Assembly: GCA_963845515.1 (NCBI GenBank)
Contig: CAWJSR010000020.1
Span: forward strand, 64,001 to 128,000
Direction of reading: 5' to 3'
DNA: 64,000 nt
Origin: an uncultured delta proteobacterium
GTDB taxonomy: Bacteria; Myxococcota; Myxococcia; Myxococcales; Anaeromyxobacteraceae
Numbering within the stretch: the stretch's first letter is position 1; each line of letters starts with the position of its first letter. Both the position numbers and the translations under genes were made by a program. The notes under the pieces were generated by a model. It did no database searches, was not told where the DNA came from, and was given only the letters and a program-made list of their open reading frames with translations. This document shows, in pieces, positions 36,896-46,182 of this stretch.

Positions 36896-38041
36896 ATGCA
36901 TGGATGGTTCGTTGCGGGAGCGCTCGCGGCCGCGGCCCTGACGCCGGCGCTCGCGGCAGGGCAGCCGGCGCCCCAGGAGCAGGAGCGGAAGGCGCTGGAG
37001 GAGCAGATCGCGAAGGAGCTGGGACAGCCGGACCAGGCGGGCGGCGCCGCGCCGGCAGCCGGGCCGCCATCGGCCGCACCGACCCCGGCCGGCAGCAGTC
37101 CGTACGCCCGCCTGCTCGCACTGCCCGATCTCTCCGCGATCGGCAGCTTCGCGGCGGAGTGGGGCGGCCCCGGGGAGAGGCCGGCCTTCCTCTTCGAGGA
37201 GCTGGAGCTGGGGCTCCAGTCGGTGATCGATCCGTACGCCCGCGCCGACCTCTTCATCGCCTTCGGGCCGGACGGGACCGCCTCGATGGAGGAGGGCTAC
37301 CTCACGACCCTCTCGCTGCCGGCGGGGCTCCAGGTCAAGGCGGGTCGGTTCTTCTCGCCGTGGGGGCGCATCAACACCCAACACCCGCACACCTGGGACT
37401 TCGTGGACGGGCCGCTCGCGCGCGAGCGGGTCCTGGCCGCCGAGGTGCTTGCCGGGCCGGGCGTGGACGTCTCGTGGCTCGCGCCCCTCCCGTGGTTCGC
37501 GGAGCTTCAAGTCGCCGCGCAGAGCACGGCACCGGCGGAGGGTGACGCCGAACGGCTCACCGGCGTCGTGAGGCTGGCACAGTTCTTCTCCCTCACCGAC
37601 GAGACCACGCTCGGCGTCGGTCTCTCGGCCGGACGCCGCGACGAGGGTGGCGGTGCGTTCCGCGATCTGGGGGGCGCGGACATGTACCTGCGCTGGCGGC
37701 CGCCTGCCTCCCGGACGGCCGTCACGCTCCAGGGCGAGCTCTTCGGCCGCCGCTACACCGGCGGGGAGGGCGGGGAGGACTGGGGAGGCTACGCCCAGCT
37801 CTTCTGGCGCGCCGGCCCCTACTACGGCGCCGGCGTCCGCTACGACCAGGCGCCCGTCGACCCGGCCGGCGGCACGGGCGAGGAGCGGCGCGTCTCGGCG
37901 GTCGCCACCTGGTACGCCAGCGAGTTCCAGCGGCTGCGCCTCCAGCTCACGCGCGACGAGCGCGCCGGCCTCCAGGCGGGCTGGGAGGCGCTGGTCCATC
38001 TCGAGTTCGGCATCGGGGCGCACGGCGCCCACCCGTTCTAG
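36896..38041 (+). CDS. Outer-membrane protein associated with metal ABC uptake (putative Zn-regulated beta-barrel)
   Basis: Signal peptide, QHPHTWDF, SEFQRLRLQ, C-terminal GAHGAHPF. Confidence 0.75.
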   Translation: MHGWFVAGALAAAALTPALAAGQPAPQEQERKALEEQIAKELGQPDQAGGAAPAAGPPSAAPTPAGSSPYARLLALPDLSAIGSFAAEWGGPGERPAFLFEELELGLQSVIDPYARADLFIAFGPDGTASMEEGYLTTLSLPAGLQVKAGRFFSPWGRINTQHPHTWDFVDGPLARERVLAAEVLAGPGVDVSWLAPLPWFAELQVAAQSTAPAEGDAERLTGVVRLAQFFSLTDETTLGVGLSAGRRDEGGGAFRDLGGADMYLRWRPPASRTAVTLQGELFGRRYTGGEGGEDWGGYAQLFWRAGPYYGAGVRYDQAPVDPAGGTGEERRVSAVATWYASEFQRLRLQLTRDERAGLQAGWEALVHLEFGIGAHGAHPF

Positions 38042-38050
38042 GAGCACGAA

Positions 38051-38968
38051 ATGCGAACGCTCATCCGCATCGCCCTGGCCTCCGTCCTTGCCGTCCTCGC
38101 CGTCCTCGCCGCACCGGCGCTGGCCCGCCCGCGCGTCGTCACCACCACCGAGGGGCTGGCGGCCCTCGCGAGGGAGGTGGTGGGCGACCGCGCCCTGGTG
38201 GAGAGCCTCTCTCGCGGCAGGCAGGACCCGCACTTCGTGGACGCCAACCCGCTCTTCGCGGTCAAGCTCCGGGACGCCGACCTGCTCGTGGACGTCGGGC
38301 TGGAGCTGGAGGTGGGCTGGCTGCCGCCGCTCGTGAACCAGTCGCGCAACGCGCGGATCCAGCCGGGCGGCCCGGGGCGGCTCACCGCCGGGTCGGCGGT
38401 GACGGTGCTCGACCTCCCCGCCGGACCGGTCGACCGGAGTGGCGGTGACATCCATCCGGCCGGAAACCCGCACTTCCTCTCCGATCCGCGCCGCGCGGTG
38501 CAGGTGGCGAACGCCATCGCCGAGCGGCTGGCGGTCCTCGACCCGGCCGGCGCGACCACCTATCGCGCACGGGCGGCCGACTTCGCGAAGCGGATCGAGC
38601 TCGCGCGCGCCCGGTGGGCGGCGCAGCTGGCGCCCGTGAAGGGGCGGGCGCTCTTCACGCATCACCGGACGCTCTCCTACTTCCTCGACTGGACGGGGCT
38701 CCGCAGCGCCGGCGAGATGGAGCCGCGCCCCGGAACGCCTCCGCCGCCCGCCCACCTCGCGGCGCTCGTCCAGCAGGCGAAGCGGGACGGCGTGAAGGCC
38801 TGCGTCGTCGAGAGCTACTACGACCCGCGCTCCGACGAGCTGGTCGCGCGCCTCTCCGGCGCGAAGCTGGTGGTCATCCCCGGCGACGTCGGGGGCGACG
38901 CGGCGGCGACCAGCTACGAGCGCTTCATCGACCTCCTCGTGACCCGCGTGACCGAGGCGCTCAAGTGA
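38051..38968 (+). CDS. Zn/Mn ABC transporter substrate-binding protein (ZnuA-like)
   Basis: QDPHF, GLELE.GW, GDIHPAGNPHF, PPPPAHLA. Confidence 0.9.
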   Translation: MRTLIRIALASVLAVLAVLAAPALARPRVVTTTEGLAALAREVVGDRALVESLSRGRQDPHFVDANPLFAVKLRDADLLVDVGLELEVGWLPPLVNQSRNARIQPGGPGRLTAGSAVTVLDLPAGPVDRSGGDIHPAGNPHFLSDPRRAVQVANAIAERLAVLDPAGATTYRARAADFAKRIELARARWAAQLAPVKGRALFTHHRTLSYFLDWTGLRSAGEMEPRPGTPPPPAHLAALVQQAKRDGVKACVVESYYDPRSDELVARLSGAKLVVIPGDVGGDAAATSYERFIDLLVTRVTEALK

Positions 38969-39741
38969 GCGGCCCCGAGCCGCTGGTGGCGCTGGAGGAT
39001 GCGTCGATCGGGTACGGCCGCCGGCCGCTCCTCACCGGCGTGTCGCTCGCGGTCGCGCCGAAGGACTTCATCGCGTTCGTGGGGCCGAACGGTGGCGGCA
39101 AGACGACGCTCCTCCACACGCTGCTCGGGATGCTCGCGCCGGTCGCCGGTCGCCGCCTCTCGGCGCGTCCGGTCCGGATCGGGTACGTCCCGCAGCGCGA
39201 CCTGCTCGACGCGATCTGGCCGCTGTCGGCCTTCGACGTCGCGCTGATGGGACGGGCTGCGCACCTGCCGCTCGGGCGCCGGCCGGGCGCGGAGGACCGG
39301 GAGGTCGTCCTCCACGCACTGGAGCGGGTCGGGATGCACGACGTGGCGCGGCGTCGATACGGCGATCTCTCCGGAGGTCAGCGGCAGCGGGTGCTGATCG
39401 CCAGGGCGCTGGCGGGGAACCCGGAGCTGCTGGCGCTGGACGAGCCGACCAACGGCATGGACCCGGCGGCGGAGCTCTCGACCATGGAGGTGATCGAGGC
39501 GCTCCACGGCGCGAACGGGCTCGCCGTCGTGCTCGTGTCCCACCGGCTCGAGTCGGTGGCGGCGCACGCGCGCACGCTCGCCTTCGTGGACAAGGACCGC
39601 GGCCTCTTCCGCGTGGGGCCGGTCGAGCGGATGCTCCTGCCGGACGAGCTCGCCGAGCTCTTCGGCCGGCCGGTGACGCTCGGGCCGGTCGCGGCCGCCC
39701 GGGTCGTGCAGGGCGGGCCCGTCGCAGGAGGTGCTCCGTGA
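38965..39741 (+). CDS. Metal ABC transporter ATPase (ZnuC-like)
   Basis: GPNGGGKTT, GYVPQ, LSGGQRQR, LDEPT. Confidence 0.92.
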   Translation: MSGPEPLVALEDASIGYGRRPLLTGVSLAVAPKDFIAFVGPNGGGKTTLLHTLLGMLAPVAGRRLSARPVRIGYVPQRDLLDAIWPLSAFDVALMGRAAHLPLGRRPGAEDREVVLHALERVGMHDVARRRYGDLSGGQRQRVLIARALAGNPELLALDEPTNGMDPAAELSTMEVIEALHGANGLAVVLVSHRLESVAAHARTLAFVDKDRGLFRVGPVERMLLPDELAELFGRPVTLGPVAAARVVQGGPVAGGAP

Positions 39742-40607
39742 GCGCGCTGGAGCTGTTCCTGGCGGCGCGCGAGATCTGGCAGGTGCCGCTGGCCGCCTCG
39801 GTGGTGGCGGGGGCGCTGCTCGGGGCGCTCGGCGTCTACGTGGTGCTCCGCCGGACGGTCTTCGTCTCCGCCGCGCTGACGCAGCTCTCGACGCTCGGCA
39901 TGGTGGTGGCGCTCCTCGTGGAGGAGCGGCTGCACATCGAGACCGAGCACGCGAGCGAGCAGCTGGCGGTGGCGATCGCCTTCTCGGTCGTCGGCGCGCT
40001 GGTCCTGGGCGCGTGGCGCTCCCGCCGGCTCCCGGCCGAGGCGTCGGTCGGCGCCGGCTGGGTGGTGGCGAGCGCGCTCGTGGTCCTCGGGACGAGCCGC
40101 CTCGTCCACGCCGCGCACGATCTCTCGGGGATGGTCTTCGGCAACGCGGTCGCGGTGACCGGCGCGGAGCTCGCCGTGCTCGCGGTGGTCTTCGTCCTCG
40201 TGGCCGTGGTCCACCTGCTCTTCGAGAAGGAGCTGGTCTTCTCGTCGTTCGATCCGCAGACGGCGCGGGCGCTGGGCGTCCGCGTCGGGCTCTGGGACAC
40301 CGTCCTCTTCGCGAGCGTGGGCCTCGCCATCCCGCCGGCAGCCCGGGCCCTGGGTGCCCTCCCGGTCTTCGCGCTCCTGACCCTCCCGGCGGCCGGAGCG
40401 CTGCTGGCAGGGACGCGGCTGCGCGGCTCGTTCGCCCTCGCGGGGGCGGCGGGAGTGCTCGCCGCCGGCGGCGGCTACCTGGTCTCCTGGTTCGCCGAGA
40501 CCCCGACCGGCGCGACGATGGTGGTGGTCGCGGCCGTCCTCGCCGCTCCCCGGACTCGTGCTGCGAGCGCTGCGGCGCTGACCTTTCCGCGGGGGCGCAG
40601 AGAATAG
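39738..40607 (+). CDS. Metal ABC transporter permease (ZnuB-like)
   Basis: LGVYVVLRR, FDPQTARALG, PTGATMV; multi-TM. Confidence 0.9.
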   Translation: MSALELFLAAREIWQVPLAASVVAGALLGALGVYVVLRRTVFVSAALTQLSTLGMVVALLVEERLHIETEHASEQLAVAIAFSVVGALVLGAWRSRRLPAEASVGAGWVVASALVVLGTSRLVHAAHDLSGMVFGNAVAVTGAELAVLAVVFVLVAVVHLLFEKELVFSSFDPQTARALGVRVGLWDTVLFASVGLAIPPAARALGALPVFALLTLPAAGALLAGTRLRGSFALAGAAGVLAAGGGYLVSWFAETPTGATMVVVAAVLAAPRTRAASAAALTFPRGRRE

Positions 40608-40618
40608 GCGAAAGGGGC

Positions 40619-40647
40619 TTGACCGCCGGGGGCGATGCCAGTAGAAA
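40619..40647 (+). promoter_or_regulatory. Sigma-70 promoter of tRNA-Met
   Basis: TTGACC-N17-TAGAAA ~30 nt upstream of the tRNA. Confidence 0.6.
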
Positions 40648-40676
40648 CGCCCTCCACTTCAAGCATTTCAACTTGC

Positions 40677-40732
<56 letters not shown>

Positions 40733-40753
<21 letters not shown>

Positions 40754-41251
40754 TCTAGTAGCGTACCGAACCGGCCGCCCTCAACCAGGGCGGCCGGTTC
40801 CATTTTGAGCGTCGTCTCCAGCATGTACACGGGGCCGTCCTCCGTCTCCTTCGGAGTGAGCGTGATCCGCCCGAGGCGAGCCGCGAGGGCGCGCTGAGCT
40901 TCTCCGGCGAGGCTCGCACCGCTGCCTCGACCTCCTCGAACAGCGCCCGGAGCCGGGCCGCCGACGGCAGGGGTACCTTCGAGGCGGCCACCGGCGTCTG
41001 CATCCCCTCCGGCGCTCCTTGAGCGCCTTGAGTCGGGCCTCGACCTCGGTGAGCCGCCTTAGCAGCGCTTCGGACTTGCCGGCGTCCACGAGGGCGTCCA
41101 TCAACTTCTCGACCGCGGCGGACTCCCGCTTGATGTCGGCCTCGACCGCGGTAATCTCTGCCGGGGGCACGGCGACGGCCCGGGCCCGCTCCGAGAGCAG
41201 CCGCCGGAAGGTGGCTGCGAACCGCTGGAACGCCCCCCGGTGCTCCAACAA
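40733..41251 (-). pseudogene. C-terminal remnant of a probable large serine recombinase/integrase
   Basis: Coiled-coil fragments in three frames; the last reads ..LGRITLTPKETEDG..LLDGCGARI* into the tRNA 3' end; no catalytic domain visible. Confidence 0.55.
40768..40806 (+). terminator. Hairpin/terminator after the tRNA, supplied by the island
   Basis: GAACCGGCCGCCC-loop-GGGCGGCCGGTTC then CATTTT. Confidence 0.6.
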
Positions 41252-41844
41252 GCCGAGGGCGGAGGAGAGCAGGCTGGAGACGCCTCCCAGCGTCTTGCCC
41301 TCCGCGATGCCCGCGCCGTCGGCCGCGCCCCCCGGACTCCCTGCCGGTCGATGACCCGCACCAGCCAGTACTTGCCGAGCGCGTCGCGGGGCTCGCTCGA
41401 CTGGACGAAGGCGCGGGCGTCCGCCGCGGCGCGCTCCGCCGTCTCCGCTGGGTTGGCGAGGGCGAGGAGGGAGGAGGGGAGGCCGACCGCCCCTCCGGGC
41501 TCATCGTCCGCCAGTCCTCGCGAGATGGCGCGGGCTGGCGCAGCCGCCGCGCGGTGAAGCTGCTTCGCGGCGCGGTGCGAGGGCGGGCGCGACCGACGAG
41601 CACGCCTTCGACGACTCCGGCCGCGACGCGGTTCAGGGAGGGCTAGCTCCGGAACGATGCTCCGGTGGGTCCCCTGGAGGGCCCGCCAGCTGCGGGTGCC
41701 GAACCGCTCCACCGCTTCGCGCTCCGCCGCCTCGACCGACCGCCACGCCATTCGCTTCGCCATCGCGCCGCCCCTCTTGCCCTCGACCGTACCGCTCCGA
41801 CTTGCGAGCGCTGGGCTGTACACTCGGAGGAGAGAGGCGGAGCC

Positions 41845-42744
41845 ATGACGCAGACGACATCGGACCCCCGGAAGAATCCAGCGTTCGCGCTGGCCGCTGG
41901 ACTGTTTCACGCGAACAGGTTCGTGACGAAGTTCATTCGTGAAGACGTCCGCCGATGGATGCCCGCCGAGGACGTGAAGGATGATGCGGGCGCCGCGATG
42001 TACGGCCAGCTCCTGCGCGTGGACGCATGGCTGCGAACCCTCTCCAAGCTGGACGATCCAGCTGACTTTCAGGCGGTGGCGGCCGCTTGTCGCGGGATGC
42101 TGGAAACCACTATCGACATGGCGTTGTTGCTGCGGAAGCCGGAGGACTTTCAGAAGGTCCTCGACTGGGAAGCGTCGGCAAAGCTGAAGCACGCCCAGTG
42201 CATGGCCCGCTACTTTGACGGCGAGGGCGTTGCGCCGCCCGAGTCTCATGAGGTCCACATCGTAGGGTGGGCAAGGAGCAATGCTGCGAGAGTTGAGGCT
42301 CTAAGAATCAAGAATGGATGGGTGGAGCGGCAGAAGCGGGTCATTGAAGGTTCCCAGGACCCCCGCGCGGATTCGGCGGAGAAGGGTCGCCATCCGGACC
42401 GTTGGACGGGTCGGAACCTCGGGGAGGACGCGCGCGAAGCCGACAAGGTCGGTCTGTCCTTTGCCTTCGCGCGCTTCTACGAAACCGAATATCGGCAGCT
42501 CTGCTGGTCGGTCCATGGGTCGGCCTTCGCGATGCGCGACGTGGGCCCCGAGGGCTTCGCAGGGCTCGCCGGGCTACTCTTCCCGCGCTGCTCTGACCTC
42601 GGAATGACGGCGGCGGAGATTCTGCTCCGCTACTTCAAGCGATGGGGCGACGAGCAAGCCCATGCCTTCACTGAGGTGCGGCACCAGCGGACGGTCGTGA
42701 CGGCCGTTGTTCATGCCTCGCACCTTGGCGAGACGCTGCCCTAG
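41845..42744 (+). CDS. DUF5677-like (HEPN-like, all-alpha) protein
   Basis: Strong RBS; RGMLE, RWTG..L, YRQLCWSVHGS pattern recalled from DUF5677. Confidence 0.6.
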   Translation: MTQTTSDPRKNPAFALAAGLFHANRFVTKFIREDVRRWMPAEDVKDDAGAAMYGQLLRVDAWLRTLSKLDDPADFQAVAAACRGMLETTIDMALLLRKPEDFQKVLDWEASAKLKHAQCMARYFDGEGVAPPESHEVHIVGWARSNAARVEALRIKNGWVERQKRVIEGSQDPRADSAEKGRHPDRWTGRNLGEDAREADKVGLSFAFARFYETEYRQLCWSVHGSAFAMRDVGPEGFAGLAGLLFPRCSDLGMTAAEILLRYFKRWGDEQAHAFTEVRHQRTVVTAVVHASHLGETLP

Positions 42745-42955
42745 CCGCTCGCCGCAGCGCCCCGCCGCCTGCCCCGCGTGTCGGCCGTTCCCGAGGCTCC
42801 GGGAACCGGGGAGGGCGCACGGCCACGCGAGCACGGCACCGAGGGCCCTTCTCGGGGCAGCTCGCGGGCGCCGGAGGGCTACCCCGAACCCCGGACGCAC
42901 CGCGCCCCCGGCCGCTGGGCGGCTCGGGGGCGCGGGGAGGGGCGGCGGGCGCGGT

Positions 42956-43441
42956 CTAGCCGATGCGGATGAGCCCCCTCCGGACATCGTTCTGGAGGTA
43001 GCCGCGATCGAGGTCGGCCGCGGCCACCCGCTCGCGCCACTCCCCTACCGTCTTGCACTTGAGGTAGAGGTCCCGGACCTTCCAGGCGACCGTGCCGGCG
43101 CGGGCGGGGTTCTCCTCGGGATTGAAGAGCGCCGTGAGCTTGGCGTCGGACGGGACGACGGAGCGGGGCGCGGCCTTCGACTCCTTCGTCGGCTTGGTCG
43201 AGGGCTTCGCGGCCGGAGACGCGGCAGGCGCAGCGGCCTCGGGGGCGACCGGGGCGGGAGGCGGGGTGGTCGGGGCCTTGAGTTTGTCGGCGGCCTCCCG
43301 TGCCAGCCCCTTGAAGTCCAACTTGCCGAGTGCTTCGGCCTGGGTCTTGCCGGTGGCGGAGCGCTTGGCGAGCGGGACGGCGGGCTTCGCGATCTTGCTC
43401 GGCTTAGGGGCGGACTTCTTGGCGGCAGTCTTGGTCGTCAT
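42956..43441 (-). CDS. Hypothetical protein: K/A/P-rich N-terminus plus small C-terminal domain
   Basis: MTTKTAAKKSAPK..; C-terminal NPARAGTVAW..LY..CKTVGEW..DVRRGLI. Confidence 0.6.
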   Translation of the reverse strand: MTTKTAAKKSAPKPSKIAKPAVPLAKRSATGKTQAEALGKLDFKGLAREAADKLKAPTTPPPAPVAPEAAAPAASPAAKPSTKPTKESKAAPRSVVPSDAKLTALFNPEENPARAGTVAWKVRDLYLKCKTVGEWRERVAAADLDRGYLQNDVRRGLIRIG

Positions 43442-43550
43442 GTTTGGGCGTTCACGAATCATCAACTTCGAGAAGACCCTACGGCCTGCCAGCACTGGCA
43501 GTAAAGCATCTGACAGAGGCTGTCAGTTTCGCTCCTGACATTGTGGAGCT

Positions 43551-43564
43551 GGGGGGGGGGGGGG
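43551..43564. repeat. G14 homopolymer in a divergent promoter region
   Basis: 14 consecutive G. Confidence 0.8.
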
Positions 43565-43808
43565 TCGGCCGGGACCCGGCCGGAGGAGCGCCGTTGCGAT
43601 CGCGCGGCGATCGCCCCGAGTGACCCGCGTCACTCGGCGGCCCGATTGCGCGACGATTGGCCGCGGCAGATAGGTCCAGAATTGCAGGGTATCGACCCGG
43701 CTCCGTCAGACTCTACTGCTATCCACATGGTGCGAACGCAATGAGGTACTTCGCTGCATAGGGCAGCGGGGCCGAAGGCGGAATCAAGGAACGGAGCTAC
43801 ATAACGAG

Positions 43809-44873
43809 ATGAGCAAACCCAACAAGTACCTTCCCATTCTGAAGTGGAAGCAGGGCGAACAAGTCGCCCTGCGAAACCTGACCTCTGACGTGAAGTCCAA
43901 CATCCTCCCGCTGCTCGAAGTTGTGGGCGTATCTGCCCGCACGAGCGGCGGCCCCACCAAGCCGGTAGCGGAGCACCTGACCCATGCGGCCATCCAGATG
44001 GAGAAGTGCTGGGGCACATCAGCGCCCCTCCTGCTCGACACGCACTTGCTTTCGCCAGAGGTCAGAATCGATGGTCGGAGCGCGCTCGTCTACACGCTCG
44101 GAGAGGCGCATGCGCGCAATATCCCGGCCGTCCCGGTGGTTTCGACGACCTGCGGCGCGGCGGAGCTTCGAGCGCTGGCGGGTTCCGCAGCCACGGTTGG
44201 AGCGGCTATCCGGGAGCCGCTCAAGAACGTCGTCAGGGCATCGTTCCCGGAGGCATTGGCAAGGACCCTGCGCGCGCTCAAGGTCTGTCCAAGCCAAGTG
44301 GACTTCGTGCTCGACGTGGGCGAGGTCAACGAAGGCAACCGGGAGGTGCAGGCGATCGCGGTAGAGCAGGCGCTCGCTCGGCTTCCATCGGGAGACTGGC
44401 GCTCGCTGACGGTGGCTTCCGCCGCGTTCCCGGTCAACCTGGCGGGGATGCGCCCCGGCCTGCACGCCCTCGCTCGGGCCGACTTCCAGCTCTGGGAAAG
44501 TGTCTCGGGGCTGCCGCAGCATCCGAGCTTCGGGGACTACGCCATCGCGCATCCGGAGATGCCGGACCTCGACATGAGCAAGGTGAAGGTGTCCGCCAGC
44601 ATCCGCTACACGACGCCCGACGCCTTCGTGGTCGCGCGTGGCCGGGTCGTCACGGACGACCGACACGGCGGGTACGGACAGTTCAACACGCTGGCTGGCG
44701 ACCTCGTGAACCACGCCGCGTTCGCGGGCGCGTCGTTCAGTTGGGGCGACGGCTACATCGCCACGTGCGCCGGAGGCGGGAAGACGGGGAGCCTGACGAC
44801 GTGGCGTCAGGTCGGGACGAACCACCACATCACGATGGTCGTCAGGCAGCTCGCCAGTCGGTCCGGGACTTAA
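43809..44873 (+). CDS. Beta-family protein (P4 beta / sce7725-related)
   Basis: YLPILKWKQGEQ.AL, PLLEV, AFP, FGDYAIAHP, ASIRYT, FSWGD.YI, GS.TTWRQVGTNHH. Confidence 0.85.
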   Translation: MSKPNKYLPILKWKQGEQVALRNLTSDVKSNILPLLEVVGVSARTSGGPTKPVAEHLTHAAIQMEKCWGTSAPLLLDTHLLSPEVRIDGRSALVYTLGEAHARNIPAVPVVSTTCGAAELRALAGSAATVGAAIREPLKNVVRASFPEALARTLRALKVCPSQVDFVLDVGEVNEGNREVQAIAVEQALARLPSGDWRSLTVASAAFPVNLAGMRPGLHALARADFQLWESVSGLPQHPSFGDYAIAHPEMPDLDMSKVKVSASIRYTTPDAFVVARGRVVTDDRHGGYGQFNTLAGDLVNHAAFAGASFSWGDGYIATCAGGGKTGSLTTWRQVGTNHHITMVVRQLASRSGT

Positions 44874-45411
44874 GCGCGTCCCGGACGCAGCGGCGAAGCT
44901 CGACAGGCGCGAGCGTCGCCACCAGCGCGCGGTAGAGTTCGCGCCGGGGCTTCGACACGAGGCCCCGCGCGCGACCTCGCGCCTGTAGGAGCGCGAGCGC
45001 CTCGTCACGCCAGAGGAGGGCCGCGACGGCTTCGAGGTCGAGGCCAGGGTTGGCGCGCTCACGGCGGGCGGGTCGGAAGTGGACTTGGCCGTTGACGGCT
45101 TCGTGCGCGACGTACACGCCCCACCAGTCGGGCACGAGCCGCTGCGCGGCGGAGGCATGGCGCGAGCCGACAACCAGCGTCACGCGGTCTAGCACCCGAC
45201 CGTACCCCGTGACCTGTGCGGGGAGCCGCTCCAGAGTGTCGGCGTCGCTCTTGATCTCGTAGCCGTGGAGGCGCCCGTTGACGACGGCGATGTCCACGCG
45301 GACGACGCCACGCTCCAGCCCAAGTTCATCGATGACGAGCGTGTCGGGATCCCGTACGTGGCGGGCGAGCACGGTAGCGCGAAGCGCGGAGCGAATGTCC
45401 ATGTCACGCAT
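44842..45411 (-). CDS. sce7726-family protein (PD-(D/E)xK-like nuclease fold)
   Basis: MRDMDIR..IDELGL..RVDIAVVNG.LHGYEIKSDADTL.RLP.Q..Y..V.D, PDWWG, LLWRDE. Confidence 0.85.
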   Translation of the reverse strand: MRDMDIRSALRATVLARHVRDPDTLVIDELGLERGVVRVDIAVVNGRLHGYEIKSDADTLERLPAQVTGYGRVLDRVTLVVGSRHASAAQRLVPDWWGVYVAHEAVNGQVHFRPARRERANPGLDLEAVAALLWRDEALALLQARGRARGLVSKPRRELYRALVATLAPVELRRCVRDALKSRTDWRAA

Positions 45412-45418
45412 CGACAGG

Positions 45419-45447
45419 ATCCTAGCCCAAGCGGAAAGCGTGTCGAA
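45419..45447 (-). promoter_or_regulatory. Putative promoter for a leaderless sce7726 transcript
   Basis: Minus strand TTCGAC-N17-TAGGAT, 7 nt before the ATG at 45411. Confidence 0.45.
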
Positions 45448-45480
45448 TAGCTGATGCCCGACCCTTCGGGGAGCCCCGGA

Positions 45481-46092
45481 TCATGGCATTCGCTCGGCCA
45501 TCTTCCTCAGTCGATTTCGGAAGATGGTTGCCGCCGACAGACTCCCGCCCAGTCCGGAAACCGCTCCTGTGACGGTAAGGAGCACGGTCATGAAGTCGCC
45601 TCCCTTGGGCTTGTCGACCTTCTCCTTTCCGTTCAAGCCGCGTGCGCGAACGGAGACGTCGGGGCGTGAGGGCAATGGGAAGAGGACGCCAGTGGCCAAG
45701 ATTGAGACGCTGAGGGAATCGCCGGGGTTCATCATTGGCATGCTGATGCGCAAGACATCTCCGTCGGCCTTGGCGTCGTATCGAAGGGAGCCAGGTGCGA
45801 TGACCTTGAACCTGTCCACAGCCGAAGTGGGAACACGAATGACGGCCAGCACCTCGTCAACCTCGCGCTGACCCTCGTTTGCGATGGTCGCCTGATAGAT
45901 ACCCAGGACTTTGTCGGGGGCCGTGAAGGGCACCGACTCAACAACGGAGTAGACCAGGTCCGGCTCGCGAGACAGGAATCGTGTTGCCACGACCGTTCCC
46001 AGGGCCGTTACCGCGATCCCAACGAAGGCGGACACGGCGATCTTGGCCCAGCCGACCCTTCCGGCGCTTGAGTCGACGGTGACATCATCCAT
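45481..46092 (-). CDS. Hypothetical membrane protein (TM - beta-rich domain - TM)
   Basis: Hydrophobic segments at both ends; codon usage atypical for this genome. Confidence 0.65.
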   Translation of the reverse strand: MDDVTVDSSAGRVGWAKIAVSAFVGIAVTALGTVVATRFLSREPDLVYSVVESVPFTAPDKVLGIYQATIANEGQREVDEVLAVIRVPTSAVDRFKVIAPGSLRYDAKADGDVLRISMPMMNPGDSLSVSILATGVLFPLPSRPDVSVRARGLNGKEKVDKPKGGDFMTVLLTVTGAVSGLGGSLSAATIFRNRLRKMAERMP

Positions 46093-46182
46093 GGTCTTCG
46101 CCCCCTTGCCCGCCTTTGGCTCGTCACCCGCGGGCTCGGGATGTTACCAAGGGCGGCTGGAGGGGGCACCGATTCCTTTGGC

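Noticed and set aside
41252..41763. Intact gene between the integrase remnant and the DUF5677-like gene
   Set aside because: Plausible peptide segments are spread over different frames with no recognisable family; treated as decayed sequence
43541..43744. 67-aa ORF upstream of Beta as a Gop-like toxin
   Set aside because: TTG start without an RBS, runs through the G14 tract and has no protein-like features; cannot be fully excluded if the tract length is wrong
43780..43806. Third ECF promoter (GGAATC) upstream of Beta
   Set aside because: No GTT at the required spacing
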